From: Octopus vulgaris
Lineage: Eukaryota
DNA length: 64,000 nt
Direction of reading: 5' to 3'
NCBI GenBank assembly: GCA_951406725.2
Contig: OX597814.1
Coordinates: 212,908,001-212,972,000, forward strand
Shown here: in pieces, positions 1-14,184 of the stretch
Position numbering within the stretch: position 1 is the stretch's first letter
How the letters are laid out: each line of letters begins with the position of its first letter
Made by a program: the position numbers and the translations under genes
The notes under the pieces: model-generated
What the model was told of the DNA's origin: nothing
The model's database searches: none
Seen by the model: the letters and a program-made list of their open reading frames with translations, nothing else

Positions 1-282
1 TCCTACAATGAGGTCAAATGTAAATTTTTTAAATTAGAATTTTAAATAAAATGTCATGTGTATAGGGCCGGTGTGATTTGTGTATGCACACATTCAACTA
101 ATCAAATTGTATCACTCACTGAAATATAGTAAAGGAAATAATCTATTCCAGTTGTACATATAAACTAACGATACATCTAAAACTAAATACTTAGCAACAC
201 ATATACAAATAATTGATTATCTAAAGAGTGTATTAATGTTTCAGTTGATACCATCACCTTCAACATGTACATACATATGGGT

Positions 283-665
283 GTGGAGGCGCAATGGCCC
301 AGTGGTTAAGGCAGCAGACTCGCGGTCGTAGGATCGCGGTTTCGATTCCCAGACCGGGCGTTGTGAGTGTTTATTGAGCGAAAACACCTAAAAGCTCCAC
401 GAGGCTCCGGCAGGGGATGGTGGTGATCCCTGCTGTACTCTTTCACCACAACTTACTCTTACTTCCTGTTTCTGTTGTACCTGTATTTCAAAGGGCCGGC
501 CTTGTCACTCTCTGTGTCACGCTGAATATCCCCGAGAACTACGTTAAGGTAACACTGTCTGTGGAGTGCTCAGCCACTTACACGTTAATTTCACGAGCAG
601 GCTGTTCCGTTGATTCGGATCAACCGGAACCCTCGTCGTCGTAACCGACGGAGTGCTTCCAAAAA
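283..665 (+). mobile_element. tRNA-derived SINE, family A, full length with 10-bp TSD
   Basis: A/B-box-like head TGGCCCAGTGG...GGTTTCGATTCCC. ACATATGGGT occurs at 273-282 and 666-675. A near-identical copy lies at 41715-42109. Confidence 0.9.
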
Positions 666-754
666 ACATATGGGTACATACAGATATACATTTAAGCATC
701 AATATATGTATATATACACTTATGCAATACACACACCCATATATATATATATTC

Positions 755-1159
755 TTTTATTCTTTTACTTGTTTCGGTCATTTGACTGCGGCCATGCTGG
801 AGGGCTTTAGCAGAGCAAATCGACCCCCAGGGCTAATTTGTCAAGCCTAGTACTTGTTTTATGGTCTCCTTTCGCGAACTGCTTCGTTACGGGGTTGTAA
901 ACACACGAACACCGGTTATCAAGCCGCGATGGAGGGGGTAACCACAGACAACGAGACACACACACTCACACACATACACACATACACTTACACACACACA
1001 CACGACCGTCTTCTATCTGTTTCTGTTCACCAAATCCACCCACAAGGCTTTGGTGGGCCTGAGGCTATAGATGACGATATTTGCCAAGATGTCACGTAGT
1101 GGGACTGAACCCAGAACCATGTGATTTGGAAGCAAACATTTGACCACTCAGTCATGCCT
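755..1159 (-). mobile_element. tRNA-derived SINE, family B (octopus OK-like), diverged
   Basis: Matches the multi-copy consensus (cttttacttgtttc...gactgcggccatgctggag ... gtgggactgaacc) seen at 7813, 23060, 24493 and 33806. Confidence 0.85.
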
Positions 1160-2045
1160 ATCACGTGTGTTAATACATAATATGTGGTATGGAAGTGTGT
1201 GAGAAAGGCATATATGCCGAAAATAGTTGTAGTATTAGTACTAATAAAACAATGAAAAATATCGTAAATCAATCAAGTGTTCTGACAAAACTTCACTAAT
1301 TTTGCTAGATTTTATTTAGTTGTTTATATTACCCTTCTAGTAGTGGATGCTTTACTAAATTCAATGGGTACAGTCCATATGTTTATTTGTTCCATAGCGA
1401 CATTAGGTGATGGTCAGTCCTACACAATCTGTCGATTGTGAAGCACGCGGCTGGCTCACTTCCCAAACTCCATCATAGTGTATCTTTTCATAAACCCAGA
1501 TGGAATTTATTTTATACATAATCAACGTAGTTACATGTCCATGTAAAGCATAGATCTTTTCTTCATTTAGGTATTTTAAAGTTATCGTCTCTCTTTAGTT
1601 CGCAATAAATATGTGCAACACGTTATAATTATCAACATAATTAGCAATATAGTATTTAAAAGCACCTTTCACAATGAAGGTACAACCTCTAAAGATATCC
1701 TTTAGATATAGAAGAAATAAACAACAAAAATCTTGTAAATATGACCCTAAAAACAAAACATTATTTACTCATGACACGTCTGTGACATTCGTTGCTTGCA
1801 ATGTTTCCTTTCGTGCTAACTAGTATAGCACATCTAAAACAATTACTAATTCATGAAGTTCAAATTGTCGAAATTGGAACGTAAGGGTCGTACTTCTTTC
1901 TTAAAAAACAACCACATATCCATATACTGATGTACCTACCTACCTACCTACCTACCTACCTACCTACCTCCATAACAACCTACATACTATATACATACAT
2001 ACATACATACATACATACATACATACATACATACATACATACATG

Positions 2046-2085
<40 letters not shown>

Positions 2086-2116
2086 TGTATGTATATAGTG
2101 TGTGAGTATATATATA

Positions 2117-2163
<47 letters not shown>

Positions 2164-2248
2164 GTAGTTTCCGGGTTGAGTCGGGGTTAACCACAGTAAA
2201 TAAGGTACTCAATACATAGCAGAGTAAATTAATTTATTTTATAGAAGG

Positions 2249-2298
2249 AGTTCTACAGGACTAGAACTGTTTCATTCAAATGAAATCATCAGGAAGCT
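2249..2298 (-). ncRNA. minimal type I hammerhead ribozyme motif
   Basis: Minus strand reads agcttc CTGATGA tttcatttgaat GAAA cag-ttctagtc-ctg TA gaact. Stem I has one bulge. Confidence 0.7.
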
Positions 2299-2320
2299 TG
2301 CTGTCAAAATTTTGACAGCA

Positions 2321-2370
2321 AGCTTTCTGATGATTTCACTTGAATGAAACAGTTCTAGTCCTGTAGAACT
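2321..2370 (+). ncRNA. minimal type I hammerhead ribozyme motif
   Basis: agcttt CTGATGA tttcacttgaat GAAA cag-ttctagtc-ctg TA gaact; stem I is weakened. Confidence 0.65.
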
Positions 2371-2378
2371 CCTTCTAT

Positions 2379-2446
<68 letters not shown>

Positions 2447-2450
2447 CATG

Positions 2451-2492
<42 letters not shown>

Positions 2493-2524
2493 CACACACA
2501 CTCAGATATAAATGTTTCTTGCTA

Positions 2525-2911
2525 TTTTCATTCACTTGTTTCAGTCATTTGACTGCGACCATGCTGGAGCACCGCCTTTAGTGGAGCAGGACCCCACGAC
2601 TTATTCTTTGTAAGCCTAGTACTTATTCTGTCGGTGTCTTTTGCCGAACCCTTTAAGTTACGGGTGTGTAAACACACCCGAATCGGTTGTCAAGCGATGT
2701 TGGGTGGACAAACACAGACACACAAACATATTCACTCACATACATATATACATATATTTACATATATACGACGGGCGTCTTTCAGTTTCCGTCTACCAAA
2801 TCCACTCACAAGGTCTCGGTCGGCCCAAGGCTATAGTAGAAGACACTTGCCCAAGGTGCCATGCAGTGGGACTGAACCCGGAAGCATGTCGTTGGTACAC
2901 AAGCTACTTAC

Positions 2912-2913
<2 letters not shown>
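2525..2913 (-). mobile_element. SINE family B, 5'-truncated
   Basis: Homologous to the 7813-8238 copy. Confidence 0.9.
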
Positions 2914-2942
<29 letters not shown>

Positions 2943-3189
2943 CGTAGAGTAGATGAAACCTTAGCGACTGAAGAAGGGGTTTTTTCGTTGTGTTAATTGT
3001 CCTGTACTCCATTTTTTGTTGTTTTTAAAAAAATGTCCAGTTCCTTTGGTTTGTGTCTATGTTTTCGTTTCTCTTTGTGTTCGACGTCCCTTTGCTGTCC
3101 TGTACTCATATATGCGTGTATATGTACATGTAGAGGTAGGTACGTACATATATGTTTATATATATGCATATGTTTTATTTCATTTATTA

Positions 3190-3277
<88 letters not shown>

Positions 3278-4118
3278 ATCTGTGTGTGTTGAGATACAGA
3301 TACACGTATATACATATAAATGTATGTCAAGAACGTGGGAATATGCGTCCTTACGAGTGAAATTAATCAACATTATCATCAACGTTATTTTAGATTAAAT
3401 TCAAATTATATTTACATTCGATTAATGATGATATAAGCGTACAATAATTATGATAAATTATATTATCTTCAAGCATGTATCTATATGCGTGTGCGAGCAT
3501 GTGCGCGTGTGTGTGTGTATGAATGAAAATTTAGTTTTATATTTACGACATAAATACATATCAAATGACGGACAAAATACACATACGCGCACTCACACGT
3601 ATATTTATACATATGCGTGTGTATATGTGCGTCTATTTGCTTCTATATGTACGCGTTTTAAGATAAACAAACCCGTATATATTTATCCGTAAGTTTTGAA
3701 TTGAGATGTATACCAAGTATACACATAAACAATAAAATGTATCTGACTATTAGGAACAGAATAACCACAGATGTATTGAGCAGACACTTGTGAATTAGAC
3801 ATTAGAGTTGGATAACCACTGACCATATTATAAAGTTCAACAAACATGACCTTCTTACAATACACTTAGCGGCATAAATAGGCTATTTAATTACATTTAT
3901 AAAATAGATGTGTCTATTACTGATTGAGGTCAGAGTTCGAAATTTGCAATAAAAAGCTTACGTTTCAATGTTTAATGTAATGAATGTTTTGTTTTAAAAT
4001 GAACAATTTTCACCTGGGGTTACAATTATAGATATAGTGAACGTTATGCAGAGCCACGTGTATATACACATGCACGGCCAGAATCAATGGTGCGTTTAAG
4101 TGTATATGTGTTTATATA

Positions 4119-4283
<165 letters not shown>

Positions 4284-4603
4284 TATATACATTAGATATA
4301 GATATATATACGCATACACATACGCATATATATATAACTATAGTTTAGTTATCTATGTATATATGTTTATGAATGTAAGCTCACTATTTGAAGAACGTCA
4401 GTGTTTGAAGTTCTAATTGGGTACGTATACATATAAGCACAGTCACAAACAGGCATAAGTGAGTGTGCATGTGTATGCGTGTGTGTGTCTGCATATGTGC
4501 TTGTGTGAAACTATATGTATGTGTATTTGCATATGTGTGAATGTATGTATGTATACATATATTAATATATATAAATAGATAATATATATATATATATATA
4601 TAT

Positions 4604-4653
<50 letters not shown>

Positions 4654-4655
<2 letters not shown>

Positions 4656-4930
4656 GTTTCTTTATTGCCCACACAGGGCTGCACACAGATGGGACAAGTT
4701 ACAAGGTAGAGCTTTTCTTTTGGGGGAGAAAAAAAAAAGGTGGCGTAGGTTTTCGATCAAAAGGGATCGTAAAAGGGAAAAAAGAACAAAAAAAAGAAAA
4801 AAGAAAAAAAGGAAACGAAAAAAAGAAAGAAAAGGAAAAAAAAGAAAAGAAAAAGGAAAAAAAGAAAAATGAAAAAAGAAGAAAAAAGAGGATAAAAGGG
4901 GGAGAGGAAAAAAAACCATCAATAGGGATA
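4654..4930 (-). mobile_element. 3' tail of a non-LTR element inserted in (GATA)n
   Basis: Minus strand ends ...gcagccctgtgtgggcaataaagaaac, a tail also seen at 19172-19200, 36280-36308 and 55223-55250. (GATA)n flanks both sides. Confidence 0.55.
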
Positions 4931-4971
4931 AATATAGATTGATAGATAGATAGATAGATAGATAGATATAT

Positions 4972-5047
<76 letters not shown>

Positions 5048-6001
5048 GTAGATAGATTATATATAAATATTCTATATAACTAATATACGTATGTACGTAT
5101 ATAAGTTTGTTATGTATGATTTTGTACTCGAAAATTATGTTTAATAGTGTAGTTATAGATTGTTGTATCAAATATGTAAAGTCTGTAATGTTTGCACACA
5201 TACAATTTTCGCCGATATTGTCCCCTCAAAATCCTTTCGTTTAACATGTATCTCTTTCTCATATACAGATGCAAATTTTAAAAGGGAAGAGCTAGTATTT
5301 GAAATTACCAAATATAAAGAAGAATACGGGTGGGAAGTGTAAATTTGTTAGCTTTCTGATTTATCTTCTCGTGTATTCAGTGTTAAAGTGAATGCTTTTA
5401 GTACAAGAAGTTAGTAACATCGTTACTAAAAGCTTGATGTTGTTTGTAAAATGTGGTATGTCTATAAAAAATAACATATGGAAGTATAGAGATAATGCAG
5501 AACAAATAAATTATTGATGTAAATATTCTCATATTTCCGTGTGCACTCATACATTTACACCGATTTAAACATAACCATAGACGTATGAAATCTTTTCAGA
5601 CATACGTAACTCTCAGTTCTTACAAGGGACTCAGGTTTTTTTTTTGGGGGGGGGGGCTTGTTTGGTCATTGGCATGAGAGTTTATGAAAGAATAAAATAG
5701 TTTGAAAATAAAATATACAGTGGCAAAATTTTCAAGGATTCTATTTGTTTCAGGAGAAAATACGATAAGAATTAGAGTACTGAAAGGGGAAAAAAGTGCT
5801 GGCATTGTATCTTTAACGGAATGAATGAACAGAGGAGAAAATGGCATGATAAATTTTAAATTATGTGAATTTCTATACCTGTCGTTGTGATGTTTAACAC
5901 TTCAGAAGCCTAAAATTGTCCCTCAAAAAGGAACTGTTGAATGATTGTCTCATTTACTTTCGTTGGGCTAAAATGCCTCTTATTAAAAGGTAACAAGCCG
6001 T

Positions 6002-6340
6002 ACCTTGGGCAAGTGTCTTCTACTATAGCCTCGGGTCGACCAAGACCTTGTGAGTGGATTTGGTAGACGGAAACTGAAAGAAGCCCGTCGTATATATGTA
6101 AATATATGTATATATGTATGTGTGTGAATATATTTGTGTGTCTGTGTTTGTCCACCCAATATCGCTTGGCAACCGATTCTGGTGTGTTTACACCCCCGAA
6201 ACTTAAAGGGTTCGGCAAAAGACACCGATAGAATAAGTACTAGGCTTACAAAGAATAAGTTGTGGGGTCTTGATCCACTAAAGGCGGTGCTCCAGCATGG
6301 TCACAGTCAAATAGTTGAATAACTGAACTGAGAATAAAAA
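6002..6340 (+). mobile_element. SINE family B, 5'-truncated
   Basis: Starts accttgggcaagtgtcttctactatagcc and shares diagnostic variants with 2525-2913. Confidence 0.9.
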
Positions 6341-6536
6341 GTGATCTAATGGAAACTAAGCATAAACAAGGATTCATTACGGTTTTCTAATACATTTCTT
6401 TCAGTCTTCAGCAACACTTTACTTTCAATTTCATTTCCATTTCATACAGATCGGGTATAGTTCTGAACTCATTACATATTGCGTACAGTACCTTGGAATG
6501 AGTATAGCACCATATTTTAATTTGATAGATATGCAC

Positions 6537-6582
<46 letters not shown>

Positions 6583-6662
6583 AATATTAGGGAATAAATC
6601 CAAACTTACAGCGAAAAATCAGATTTAGGATTTCTATCGGTATTTGTCTCTAATTTAATATA

Positions 6663-6698
<36 letters not shown>

Positions 6699-6791
6699 AT
6701 GTGTGTGTGTGTGTGTGTGCGTGTGTGTGTGTGTATATATATATATATATGTATGTTTGTGGATGCAAGTATAAATATATATGTACATGTC

Positions 6792-6830
<39 letters not shown>

Positions 6831-6851
6831 TATATATATGTACATATATAA

Positions 6852-6887
<36 letters not shown>

Positions 6888-6891
6888 TTTC

Positions 6892-6927
<36 letters not shown>

Positions 6928-7211
6928 AAAAAGAAAGAGAGAAAGAAAGATACGAGATAGATAGATAGTTAGATACGTAGATTCTTTCTAATTTTCACAC
7001 AATGTCAGCAATTTCAGGGTCGGCGAAAAGTCTATCACTTGGACACCACGACTTCACTAACACTTCAGACAAAGTTCACTTCGGCATCGTTTGAGCATAG
7101 ACCGTTAAAGTGTCGGAGGAACTAAGAAGCATTCTGGCCGAAGCGCTAACGATTCTGAAGGATGTCCTTAATATACATCCGTTTGTGAGTGTGTCTATGT
7201 GTAAGTATGCG

Positions 7212-7252
<41 letters not shown>

Positions 7253-7341
7253 TCGCACATGCATTTACTCGCATTTTGTATATCAGTAATATATGGAAGC
7301 TACTGCGTTTAATTTATTTCCTTGAAGAAAACATAAGATAG

Positions 7342-7381
<40 letters not shown>

Positions 7382-7812
7382 TCAAAAATTGCATTAGTAT
7401 ATGCCTCAAAGATGTTGACCTGAACAAAATTTCAACAGCACTTCTATACTGTATTATTATTGAATTATTAGACGGTACTCTATTTACGCAAATCGGTATT
7501 TAGTTTAGTTTCACTTAGATTAGATTCTATATCCCCTTAAATCAGTCTTTCATATTATTTATTATTCAATGGTAGATAGAAAAGATCAGTGAATACATTT
7601 CTGTTGAATGAAACAGTTACAATCTTGAGACCAATACATACTATTGCTATGTTTTTTCTAAAATGAATATTAAATGTCTATTATTATATGTGCATTGAAA
7701 TACTAAATTCTGTAAAATTCAAATATCTTAGTAACGATTGCGGTATGAATGATACATGTTAAACATTCAGAATCACACAAAGAACGTTATTTTGTTTAAA
7801 CATTTATTTAGT

Positions 7813-8019
7813 CTTTACTCTTTTACTTGTTTCAGTCATTTGACTGCGGCCATGCTGGAGCACCGCTTTTAGTCGAGCAAATCGACCCCGGAACTTATTC
7901 TTTGTAAGCCCAGTACTTATTCTATCGGTCTATTTTGCCGAACCGCTAAGTGACGGAGACGTAAACACACCAGCATCGGTTGTCAAGCGATGTTGGGGAG
8001 GACAAACACAGACCCACAA

Positions 8020-8072
<53 letters not shown>

Positions 8073-8238
8073 TACGACAGGCTTCTTTCAGTTTCCGTCT
8101 ACCAAATCCACTCACAAGGCATTGGTCGGCCCGGGGCTATAGCAGAAGACACTTGCCCAAGATGCCACGCAGTGGGACTGAACCCGGAATCATGTGGTTG
8201 GTAAGCAAGCTACTTACCACACAGCCACTCCTGCGCCT
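7813..8238 (-). mobile_element. SINE family B, full length
   Basis: Head aggcgcaggagtggctgtgtggtaag...gggttcagtccc (A/B boxes), internal TA/TG microsatellite, (GAGTAAAA)n tail. Confidence 0.92.
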
Positions 8239-9369
8239 TATTGTTCAGGATCAAATCTTTAGTAGTTCGAAACTGCAACCTGGTCACTGATACTACATTA
8301 CAAACAATAGATATTTTAACAGTTTTTGTGTTTCGAAATGTTTAACATGTCGTCCACCATGTTACGATCATTACAGTTTCAACACGTTCTCAAATAAAAT
8401 TATTCGTTTGATAAGTACGCCACCGTGAGATCAAATGTTGTTATTTTTGTTCTAAATAAACACACAGATGTTACAGGTCATGCAAATCACTTATTCACTT
8501 GTTTATACCACAGGTCAGAAGATAAATTTCAAATGAAAAATCAAAAGTAGACAAATAGGTCATTCATATACGTTACTCTACTCTCTTCTCGAAATCTTGC
8601 AAAACACAGAAATAGCCTAAAGCAAATATATTTGTGTTGACTCAAATATCCGCTGCAGACAAAGTGCATCCTGGAAATTATTAATTTTAATTTATCTATG
8701 TAGTTTTTGTATATCTTCAAAGTAATTTGATCTTCAAATAACCAAGAAAATTTTACACTCGAGTAAGGTAAATAAAATTTAAGCAGTTCCGTCTTGTAAT
8801 TCGCTAATATATGATATCCTTGTTTTAAATCAGACTTTAAAACATTTCCTTTTTGATTTAGTATTTGTATTTGTCATTGATCTAGAACAGTTTCTTAGCT
8901 GGGAAATGCATCAAACATAACTTCTAGAAGTGACGTTTGTAAACAAGATTTATTATAGAAAAAGCATATAGAAAATTATTTGCACAAAACATAGGATACA
9001 TTTCCAGAGGTAAATTTGGGAATATGTAGCAAATTCAAATTTAAAAATTGAAATGTATTACTTTTAAATTTGGTATATTATCAACAAAGCATATAGAGAC
9101 GATATAACTGAATGTATAATATTTTTTATCTACCTATTGTGATCGATGAGATTAAATTAAATGTTGGATTTCCTTTAGATTTTTGTGTAGAAAATTTCAG
9201 TTTCTTGATAGGAATATGTTTATTTTATAATAGAAATAATATTAGGAACAGTAACGATGATAGTCCTACTTTACTATTGTTTAACATTTGTAACTTCAGA
9301 CGATTATCAATTATCATTAAATGCATGTGTTGTATTACTTCGAGGTTTATATTTTGCTTATAAAATATA

Positions 9370-9748
9370 TCTTTATATATAAAAGTGAAGTTGTGTGTCT
9401 GTCTCCTACGATTTAGATTCCTAAGTACTCCCACATTTTGCGGTGCAGTGTAACCAAACGCGGGTATCTTATAGTCGTGATTCATATCGAGCCCTTCTGG
9501 GTATTAGCGCGCGTCTACGATGAGTCTACGATAAAAAAAAAAATTACCATCATATTTTCCCATTTTTTAATGCATTTTTTTGCTATTATATAAGGGAAGT
9601 AACTCTCTAAAAATGTATTATTAAATCTCAGAACGTAAAAAGTAACACCCCCCTGTGTGATTAGCCATATTGAGATGGCTATTATACTTTACATCTCTAA
9701 AAATGTTTATATAGTTATTTCCCGAGCAACGCCGGGCGATACTGCTAG
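9370..9748 (+). mobile_element. non-autonomous Helitron
   Basis: 5' TC and 3' CTAG, preceded by the hairpin cccgagcaacgccggg. Inserted between A and T with no TSD. Confidence 0.85.
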
Positions 9749-10289
9749 TTCTCACTAAAGAGGTTGCTTGAAATTTTCGAGAGTTATTAATAATTGAAAT
9801 GCCTCTTAGTATTGATTCTATAAGAAGATAATTAGAAACTAATACTTCTAGTACAAATTGGAAATTATATTAAAAGAGTCGCGAAGTAATTAAATGAAAC
9901 CTTTTTTGTTATTTTTGATTTAATTGATGACACAATTGTAACATTGTTTCCTGCAATATGTTTTTGCTTTAACAACATACTGGATCATTTTGTCTAGTAC
10001 TTTGTTAATTTCAAATACAAAAACGTAACTTGCGACTTAAATAGGCAAGTGTCAATTTCTCTCATTGAACTTAGGACCTGGATAACGTACTCAGATTTTG
10101 GTTGGACAAGTGCACCAGGTATATGGGAACTAGGAAAACGTCGAGAGAAATGTAGGCAGCATCACTGAGAAAACAGCATGAATTTTGCAGAAAACTGTTG
10201 TGATGAAGACGTAGATACCAGCAATCTCAGTTATTGTGAGTTTAGAGCAGGTAGCGCAACAATGTGGTCGATGGTTTCACCACTATTAA

Positions 10290-10760
10290 CACACAGTCAG
10301 AAATCTGTTCTGCCTGAATTATTTTGTTTTACTGTCATATCTTTCCAGCTTTGCCTTAATTGTTGCCACTCTTTGTTTCAATTCCTCCAATATAAACCTT
10401 TATCCCTTTTTCTGTATGTTCTTTCCAGTCTGATTCTTACGCCTTTATTTTACAATTACCCTCTTTTCGATCAATCAATTTGTCCTAAATGTCTTTTTAA
10501 CTTTGTTTCTGTCTCATACATTTCTGAACGACAGTATGGTCCTTTCGTACTATTTGTTCTCTTCTTTTGTGTCCAACTTTTTCTGCAGCAACCATAGCTG
10601 CAGCCATGGTAATCTTATTGGTTACAGAGATATCAACTGTCTGGAATAGTTCAAAGACACTGTCCATAAAAGGTTTATATGACGTCTTCTTTGTCGGCAG
10701 CTTAGTATCTACATTTAATGTACATTATTTATATTAGAGAGTGGTTTCTTGTAAAGACAA
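10290..10760 (-). mobile_element. decayed R4/Dong-like LINE fragment (region upstream of RT)
   Basis: Frameshifted translation (..DISVTNKITMAAA.., ..GIKVYIGGIETK..) resembles the pre-RT region of RLE-type LINEs; recognised from memory only. Confidence 0.4.
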
Positions 10761-11699
10761 CCATAGTTAATTTACCCCCGTTTAAGCAACATGCGGGTTC
10801 CTGATGATAACACCGATTTCCTTTACCCTGCTTGATGTAATTGTCAGAATAAGACTTTCAGAAAAGCTAGGTTTTGCCGGTTTTTGATGAAATATGAGGC
10901 CTTTCCGTCTCACTATGTCCGATACTTATAATATCAACACTAAAAACACTGCTGTTAAACTCTAGTCTATATTACTTTCATTATTTATACTATCACCAAT
11001 AACACAGTTAATATTAATACCATTATTTATTGTATTCAGATTCACTTCTTTACTAAACATAGTGGAACACTTAACAAATGTTGGCAAGCAATGTTCCCTG
11101 TAACTGTGTTTGCATTCATCTTCCGTTTGGTTGAATATTTATTTTATTCTGGTATGCTATTCTTTAGTACGAACACGTGTAATTTAGATATTGCTGTTCA
11201 AAGTTCGATTGTAACGTTAAATGAAGTATGTCTATTGACTAAATATACATTCAATGTCTAAGCAATAACAACTGTTGAATTTAGCTAGCGACTACAAATA
11301 ATATTTGTATTTATATTCTTGTCACAATATATGAATGTGTGCGCGCATGTGCCTGTACGCAGGCGCATTTAAACCATTTTCCTCTACGCAAAGATATATT
11401 ATAAAGTACTTCAAAATTCTAACACAGCTTAGCAGGTTCCGCGCCAACAAAACACCAAGGAGCAATTAATGTTTTATATATGTGGTTATACAACAGTTGC
11501 ATGAAATATATTGAGAATTACATTATTAGGCAGAAGGCACATGGAAATAAACCTCGGTATTCAGAATAACATACCATGATTCCATTGCATGGCTCTTTAT
11601 ATTAATTTGATCTATGACTTTTGAAGTTGGAGGTAGGGCGCCAAATAAGATTATTTAGTCTCTAGTTATGTTCCTTTATAAGTTGGGAGATCAGTTCCT

Positions 11700-13896
11700 C
11701 ATATATTTTTTGCATCATTGAAATACCAGTATAAGGATCTGATCAACAACGCCTGAACCAGCATCTGCAACCGGTGTGAACTTCCAGCGAGGGTCAAAAG
11801 GAACATCACTACACGCAACAGCAAATTGCCTACATTTGACCACTCAGTCAAGACCTATAGTCTCCGACACAGAGAGACCATTTTGCAAAATCTCGTGTCT
11901 CCTATTCACAATCCTGAGACACTGTCGACATAACTGCTGCATGTCAACAGTCTAGATGAGATCATCCAACGACTGTACCGACACATTCAGATGTAACAGT
12001 TATATTTTCAGACTAGACGTGGTATCACTCTACACTTCGGTTCCTAAACTCTCCGCGACTGGCCTGATGACGGAATATTGTTGCCTCTTCAAACGAACCA
12101 TATTCATTATCCTCCAGTTATTTTCAGTGATAGTTGCCAACACACAGTTTGATTTCCTCTGCAATGCATATATACAACGTTCAGGTCTGTCTGTGGTGTG
12201 CAGTCACTGCTTGCTTTTACTTACCTAGACTGGTTGGAGCACAGATCACATAGTATCTGCGACGTCCTCACCAGGTAGCTGGACAATATCTTCAGCTTCA
12301 CTTCATCTCATGCAAATGCCTCCACAACACTGGAAACTCTCAACGTTATGGTCCTGCACATCGCTCTCACCGTCGAACATCCAAACGACGATGGTTCCCT
12401 CATCTCGATTGACTTTCCTTTAAACATCATGGACAGGGATAAACTGACATAGTGTTCTACCGAAAGGCAGTTTACCGAGACCTTTTCATCCATTACAAAT
12501 TGGACCTCTCGCTGAGTGATAAGATCAACTACATACAATATGAGAATGCCCATATACAACAGAAGCAGTGAGAGCGCTAGGTAGGACACACGGTCTGCGC
12601 AGTTCCTCAAGATATTTGAAACACGCGGATATTCAGCATCCGTTGCAGACACCCAATACAGATAAAAACCAAATAAATGGAATCTTTCTACGACCTGCTT
12701 TCTGACGATTTCCAACTTTAACGAGAAGGCCATCCGTAAGATTATCCGCAGGGAAGGACTGGCTTTCCTGCTAGCCTATTTGGAACCGCCTTTGCTTAGA
12801 CACTTGTAGTGGAGGCGATCAAACCTAGAACAACAGTCCAGAACACTGTCCTATCATGGAGACAAGCAAGTGTCTGCGAATATACGTGGAGTACTAGATA
12901 CAGTGTTCCAAATTTCGGTGACTATTAAATCGGTAATACAGTCCGACCGTTACATATGTGACTAAAAGTACGCCTGACTACCAATGCGTCTTCTACAAGT
13001 ATTTAATTAAATGCGGCAACACCACCTAATACGTAGATGCTTCATTATCGGCCATGGAGTGGAATAAATAGAATCTGCATCTAATGGAGCCTTTATTGAT
13101 CCAGCACCCTAATCCGAAGATTAATAGTTTATCGGAGTTTAGCCGGTGGCTCCTATAAACAATCAACCACTCCCCACATCACTACGAACACGACAATCAT
13201 CATCAGCACGTCGACTGTGATTAGAACTATTGCCTACCAGCACTGAGTTCGCAGCTGCCATAGCCATCATCGCTGCAGTTGCCTGCCACTATGTGCGATG
13301 AGCATTGTTGCTGTTGCCAGCCACTACCTAGTCAATGACTACAGGTATATACACCACCGACGCCCTCGCTGTCTACTACCACGACATTTACTACTATGGC
13401 CAACAATATTGATGTTCACAAGGACATCACCAACGACATCACAACGGAATTTACCATTGCTACGACCATCGATTACTACCACGGCATTTACCACCTTCAT
13501 CACCGTTGCTGCCTGCCTACAGCTGGTTTTCGACAGCAATCTTCAGAATGACCTCTGAGTAACCAACAGAGTGACCAACAATCTTCCGAGTGACCATGGA
13601 GCCAATAGCATCATCGGTTGGGAAGCTGCTGCTACAAATACAAGCACCAGACCGTACCCTTCTCATAATGTTTCTTTGCACGCGAAATATATAAGGCTTT
13701 TTCTATTTTCATCTCTACAGTGTTAGAACTTCTTTCATTCCCCATTTCGTTCATCTTTATACTACTGAAATCTTATACTTCCATAAATATTTTGATTCTT
13801 CCTACATGTTTATCTTTCTAGCACTATTTATGACAAATAATTTACCCCTGGAGTGTAGAAACTACGAAGATGAGTTATACATCAGCAAGTCATACC
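11700..13896 (+). mobile_element. decayed Penelope-like retrotransposon (RT remnant and 3' tail)
   Basis: Motifs RPIVSD (~11851), LDVVSLYTSVP (~12013), YIQRSGL, LDNIF (degenerate YVDDIF, ~12279) and LTVEHP. Many stops; ends at (TA)n. Confidence 0.75.
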
Positions 13897-13911
13897 TATA
13901 TATATATATAT

Positions 13912-14184
13912 AACAATTGCAGCGTGGAAGGTGTTTGTAAGCCATTTAAGAAACACACAAAAGCCGTTCGATTCACTTCAACATTTAAGTTTAATTTGTC
14001 AAAATATTTTCGTCGCTAAAATCCGCGACCTGTTCACTGACAAAAATTAAACTTAAATGTTGAAGTGAATCGAACGGCTTTTGTGTGTTTCTTAAATGGC
14101 TTACAAACACCTTCCGCGCTGCAATTGTTTTCGTTTCAGCACGCGATCTCAGATCAAATCACTTACTATGCGAGTACATCTCCG

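Larger units (their letters stand above)
2164..2384 (-). mobile_element. PLE-type 3' end (pLTR fragment) with inverted arm, inserted in (TA)n
   Basis: 2170-2300 is nearly identical to 14255-14385. A spacerless palindrome spans 2235-2384 and (TA)n flanks both sides. Confidence 0.75.

Noticed and set aside
288-360. tRNA-like sequence
   Set aside because: It is the SINE head, continuous with the SINE body and flanked by TSDs; not a tRNA gene.
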